From an uncultured Gemmatimonadales bacterium (GTDB lineage Bacteria > Gemmatimonadota > Gemmatimonadetes > Gemmatimonadales > GWC2-71-9), in NCBI GenBank assembly GCA_963728915.1, contig CAVSLV010000001.1:1536001-1600000 (forward strand): a DNA stretch of 64,000 nt. The letters run 5' to 3'. The notes below the pieces were generated by a model. The model did not search any database. It saw only the letters and a program-made list of their open reading frames with translations, and was not told the DNA's origin. Positions 60,342-64,000 of the stretch are shown here, piece by piece. The position numbers and the translations under genes are program-made. Each line of letters begins with the position of its first letter. The stretch's first letter is position 1.

Positions 60342-60848
60342 TCAGGGAACTCGGTCCGGCTCGGTTTCGGTCTTGCCGGCGCTGGTGGCGCGACCTTTTC
60401 CGGCGGGAACCAGGGTCCGGGCCATGTCCGCTCCTCGCCGCAGGACACTGCGCGCGTTGTCGTAGCTCAGCTCCTCGAGGGCCTTCTCGAGGGGCAGCCA
60501 CTGGCAGGCGGTGATTCCCTCGTCGCGCTGGGGGATGGTTTCTCCCGCGGGGGACTCGAACAGAAAAAAATGGCAGAACTTGTGGATGAATTTTCCCCGG
60601 AACCGGAAATACCAGTCGATGATCCGGATTGGCCCGTGCGGGATCAGGTCCCGGAGGCCGGTTTCTTCCTCGGTTTCCCGGAGGGCGGCGGCGGCAGGGG
60701 CCTCATTCTCTTCGAGATGTCCCTTGGGAAAGCCCCAATTCTCGTAGGAATCCCGGATCAGGAGAAACCGGATTTCCCTGGGATGGTCCGGCGTCCGGCG
60801 AAACACGATCCCGCCGGCGGAGACCTCGCGCTCAGGACGGCGTTTCAT
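60342..60848 (-). CDS. NUDIX hydrolase (Ap4A hydrolase-like)
   Basis: SAGGIVF, WGFPKGHLEENE...AALRETEEETGL Nudix box. Confidence 0.9.
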   Translation of the reverse strand: MKRRPEREVSAGGIVFRRTPDHPREIRFLLIRDSYENWGFPKGHLEENEAPAAAALRETEEETGLRDLIPHGPIRIIDWYFRFRGKFIHKFCHFFLFESPAGETIPQRDEGITACQWLPLEKALEELSYDNARSVLRRGADMARTLVPAGKGRATSAGKTETEPDRVP

Positions 60849-60852
60849 CGCG

Positions 60853-60962
60853 CGAGGGGTGAGTGGTGAGGAATGAGGGGTGAGGAGGGGCCGCCGGCCC
60901 TCCGACTCTCGCCGTCGCCTCCCACCTCCTCACACCTCACACCCCGCACCTCATGTCTCATC
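60853..60962. repeat. Inverted heptamer arrays (TGAGGGG x5 / CCTCACA x5) with a ~40-nt core
   Basis: CGAGGGG TGAGTGG TGAGGAA TGAGGGG TGAGGAG ... CCTCACA CCTCACA CCCCGCA CCTCATG TCTCATC. Confidence 0.85.
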
Positions 60963-61965
60963 AGAAGACCGAAAACCGGAAATACCGCCGTGGATTGGCC
61001 TGAATGTCAGCCAACAGGGTCCGGAGCTGACGCACCGCTCCGGTCGCTTCATGGTAGAGCGTCGAATCCCGCGCCAGGAGCGAGAGGGTGCCCCTCCCCT
61101 CCTGAACCCGGGTGAGGAGCGAGTCGCTCGTCTCGAGCACCCGAATCAGACTCTGCCGATGCTCCTTGACGTCGCTCACGATGCTCTGCATGTCGGCGGT
61201 GAGTTCGCGGAGCGCGGTGCCGGCTTCCCGGGTCTGGCTCATCAACTCCTGGAGCTGGCCGTTCGCGGTCGCCGAGTCCACCCGCCCCATGACGGTATTG
61301 AAGCGGCGCGATCCGACGTCGACTTCTCCAGAGGCGCGGGTCAGGTTGCCCGACATGCGCGAGAAGTTCTCGCTCTGCTGGTTGGCCATGTCGGTCAGCC
61401 GCTGCACCGTCGTCCGAAGATCCTTGAGGCTCGCCCGGACGTCCGCCACCGCGGCGGAATCCAGCGCCCCGCCGATCCGATTGGTGATGGTTCCGATGTC
61501 GCCCGCGATCCGGCTGGCCTGGAGGGTGATCTCGCCGATATCCGGCAGGGTGGTTCCCGGCCAGACCTCGCCTCCGACCGCTGCCGCTTCGGTGAGCTGC
61601 CGCTGCACCAGGTCGGACGGAGCCTCCTCGATATCGAGGATGTTGACCCGCCATTCTCCGAACAGCGTCGCGGGCGCGGCAATCGCCGCCGGATGCGCCG
61701 GCAGCTTCTGATCGCGTTTGATCCGGAGCTCGGCCTCCACCCAGTCGTCCTCCGCGACCCGAATCGAGGCCACCCGTCCCACCTTGACCCCGCGGAGGTA
61801 CACGTTGGCGCCGGGCCCCAGCCCGCCCACCGAACGGAATCTGGCGACCTGGACTTCATCCGGCCCACGCAGCGGAATCTGGCCCAGGGCAATGGCCCCG
61901 ACGATCACCAGCGCCACCGCCACGATGGTGATCGCGCCGACCAGGAACTCGTTGGATCGCTTCAT
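60961..61965 (-). CDS. mlaD: MlaD/MCE family protein
   Basis: N-terminal TM, GGLGPGANVYLRGVKVGRV, coiled coil, GTLSLLARD..LY, DIQANPRRY. Confidence 0.88.
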   Translation of the reverse strand: MKRSNEFLVGAITIVAVALVIVGAIALGQIPLRGPDEVQVARFRSVGGLGPGANVYLRGVKVGRVASIRVAEDDWVEAELRIKRDQKLPAHPAAIAAPATLFGEWRVNILDIEEAPSDLVQRQLTEAAAVGGEVWPGTTLPDIGEITLQASRIAGDIGTITNRIGGALDSAAVADVRASLKDLRTTVQRLTDMANQQSENFSRMSGNLTRASGEVDVGSRRFNTVMGRVDSATANGQLQELMSQTREAGTALRELTADMQSIVSDVKEHRQSLIRVLETSDSLLTRVQEGRGTLSLLARDSTLYHEATGAVRQLRTLLADIQANPRRYFRFSVF

Positions 61966-62687
61966 GAACTCCGTACTCCGAGAAACTCCCGGATCACCGG
62001 GTCGTCGCTGTGCCGGAGGTCTCCCGGGGTCCCGACCTGGCGGATCCGGCCCTGGTGGAGAAACGCAAAGCGGTCGGCGATGGCGAAGGCGCTCGGCAGG
62101 TCATGGGTGACGACCACGCTGGTGGCGCCGGATTCTTCGCGGGCCTTGATCATCAGCTCATCCATGGCGTTGGTGGTCACCGGATCGAGGCCGGTGGTCG
62201 GCTCGTCATAGAGAATGTAGCGCGGGCGCAGCGCGATGGCGCGGGCCACGCCGACCCGTTTGCGCATGCCGCCGGAGAGCTCCGCCGGCAACCGGGCCGC
62301 CGCCCCGGGCAGCTCCACCAGGCGAAGGCTTTCGGCGACCCGTGATGCGATCTCCGCCGCCGGCAGTCCACGGGCCCGCAGGCCCAGGGCAATGTTCTCA
62401 TCGACGGTGAGCGAGTCGAACAGTGCGGCGGACTGAAAGACGTAACCGATCTGGGTGCGGAGCTCGTCGAGTTCCTCCCGGTCGAGCTGGTCCACCACGG
62501 CGCCATCCACTTCGACGTGGCCGCTGTCCGGCTCGAGTAGTCCGACGATGTGCTTGAGCACCACGCTCTTCCCGGACCCCGAGTGTCCCAGCAACACAGT
62601 GGTCTCGCCTTCCTGGATGTCGAAGGTCACGTCTTCGAGGACCGGCTTGTCGCCGAATCGCTTGGCGAGGTGCACGAAACGGATCAC
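61962..62687 (-). CDS. mlaF: ABC ATP-binding protein, MlaF/Mkl type
   Basis: GHSGSGKS, FQSAALFDSLTV, LSGGMRKRV, YDEPTTGLDP. Confidence 0.92.
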   Translation of the reverse strand: MIRFVHLAKRFGDKPVLEDVTFDIQEGETTVLLGHSGSGKSVVLKHIVGLLEPDSGHVEVDGAVVDQLDREELDELRTQIGYVFQSAALFDSLTVDENIALGLRARGLPAAEIASRVAESLRLVELPGAAARLPAELSGGMRKRVGVARAIALRPRYILYDEPTTGLDPVTTNAMDELMIKAREESGATSVVVTHDLPSAFAIADRFAFLHQGRIRQVGTPGDLRHSDDPVIREFLGVRSS

Positions 62688-63448
62688 AACAGGACCAGGG
62701 CCCAGAAGGCGTCGAGGACCAGAATGGCCTGGCAGCCCCGGACCACCGCTCGGGTCGCGGCGCGCCCAACGCCTTCCGCGCCACGAGTGGCATGCAGGCC
62801 CTGAAAACAACCCACCGTGGCGACCACGAATCCGAAACTCGCGCTCTTGACCAGGCCGAACCAGATGTCTTTGGACTGATAGAACTGCTGGGCCCCCCGA
62901 AAGAACTGCTGGGAGGACAGGTCGAGCAGGTTGATGGCGGTGAACCAGCCCGCGAGCACGCCGGTCGCCATGGCGAGTGCGGTCACCATCGGGAACATGA
63001 GCGTGGCGGCGAGCACCCTGGGGGTCACGAGATACGCGTGGGGACTGATGGTCAGGACCTCGAGGGCATCCACCTGCTCGGTCACGCGCATGGTGCCGAG
63101 CTCGGCCGCGACATTGGCGCCGACCCGGCCGGCCAGCGCCATGCCGGTGAGGACGGGACCCAGCTCCAGCATCACGGCCTTGGTCACCAGGGTGCCAACG
63201 AAGTACAGGGGGATGGCCCGGGTAAACATGTAGGATGAGAGGAGGGCCAGGACCATCCCGGTAAACACCGCGATAAACAACGCGACGGGCACGGAATCGA
63301 CCCCCAGTTTCCGCATCTGGGGAAGCAGCTGAGGTCGCCAGGTGCGGGTGTCGCGCAGGGCACGGCGTGCTTCCAGGACCCAGCGTCCGGCCAGGGTGAA
63401 GAAGCGATGGAGGCGGTCCGCCGGCCGCGAGGCCGCGGCGTCGGTCAT
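62684..63448 (-). CDS. mlaE: MlaE family ABC permease
   Basis: ELGPVLTG, AELGTMRVTEQVDALE, GAEGVGRAATRAVV. Confidence 0.93.
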   Translation of the reverse strand: MTDAAASRPADRLHRFFTLAGRWVLEARRALRDTRTWRPQLLPQMRKLGVDSVPVALFIAVFTGMVLALLSSYMFTRAIPLYFVGTLVTKAVMLELGPVLTGMALAGRVGANVAAELGTMRVTEQVDALEVLTISPHAYLVTPRVLAATLMFPMVTALAMATGVLAGWFTAINLLDLSSQQFFRGAQQFYQSKDIWFGLVKSASFGFVVATVGCFQGLHATRGAEGVGRAATRAVVRGCQAILVLDAFWALVLL

Positions 63449-64000
63449 GCGGCGAAACTGGCGAGCGCGGCGGCGCGGGGGCCTTCTCGCAACCGGCGGA
63501 GAGCCCGGTCGCGGAGTTGACGGATCCGCTCCCGGGTGACACCGAACAGGCCCCCGATTTCGTCGAGGGTGTGCTCCCCTGCCCCGCCGATACCGAAATA
63601 GAGCCGAAGCACGCGCGCTTCACGGGGCGGCAAGGTTCCCAGGGCGGAGTCAACCTCCGCGATGAGGAACTGCTCGACAATGCTGGCGTCGGGATCGTCC
63701 TGGTCCGACCCGGCGAATCGCTCGATCGTCGCGTCATCGCCACCGGTTTCCCGCAGGGAAGGGGCATCGAGGCGGAATTCAGCGATGGTGAGGCTGATCA
63801 GGGACTGCACCAGATCGACCGGGAGACCGACCGCCTCACTCAGCTCTTCCACCGTCGGCTCCCGAGCCAACTCCTGGCGAAGCACCTCGGCGGTTCGTCC
63901 GATCCGGGCCAGGTCGGCGGTGCGGTTGAGAGGAACTCGCACCTGGCGGCCATGACGAGCGAGGGCCGCCAGGATCGCCTGCCGGACCCACCAGACGGCA
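63445..64000 (-). CDS. RpoD/SigA-family sigma factor, 3' part (starts beyond the right edge)
   Basis: AVWWVRQAI...VRVPLN, REPTVEEL, TLDEIG..FGVTRERIRQ. Confidence 0.9.
   Translation of the reverse strand, partial: AVWWVRQAILAALARHGRQVRVPLNRTADLARIGRTAEVLRQELAREPTVEELSEAVGLPVDLVQSLISLTIAEFRLDAPSLRETGGDDATIERFAGSDQDDPDASIVEQFLIAEVDSALGTLPPREARVLRLYFGIGGAGEHTLDEIGGLFGVTRERIRQLRDRALRRLREGPRAAALASFAA

Overview
This is a high-GC bacterial chromosomal window. The gene content (SusC/SusD pairs, a plug-only TonB-like protein, LPS and Mla genes) suggests Gemmatimonadota, which is an inference. The first ~20.5 kb is an accessory envelope locus: two complete SusC/SusD-like pairs bracket two divergent, paralogous ~1230-aa FG-GAP/ASPIC-UnbV lipoproteins, with a DUF4397-like and a small lipoprotein gene downstream and no glycoside hydrolase. 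The rest is mostly core: sodC, a POT peptide transporter, a ThiO-like oxidase, HxlR/YceI, lipA-pdhABC-lpd-lipB, a peptidase operon, dnaE-accA-ricT(PSP1)-metG, an M23 peptidase, TPM-nucleotidyltransferase-LemA, dsbA-like, waaA, atpAGDC, a NUDIX gene, mlaEFD and a partial sigma-70 gene. Three patterns are not explained by the gene list. (1) Degenerate 7-, 8- and 9-nt tandem repeat arrays, often in inverted pairs, sit at gene junctions and in frame inside protein linkers. (2) TANNNT boxes lie 5-10 nt before many start codons, suggesting leaderless or short-leader transcription. (3) A ~25-bp TAA...CAANNNNTTA-type intergenic motif recurs. No rRNA, tRNA, CRISPR array, transposase or integrase was recognised. 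All calls are by eye, without database searches.
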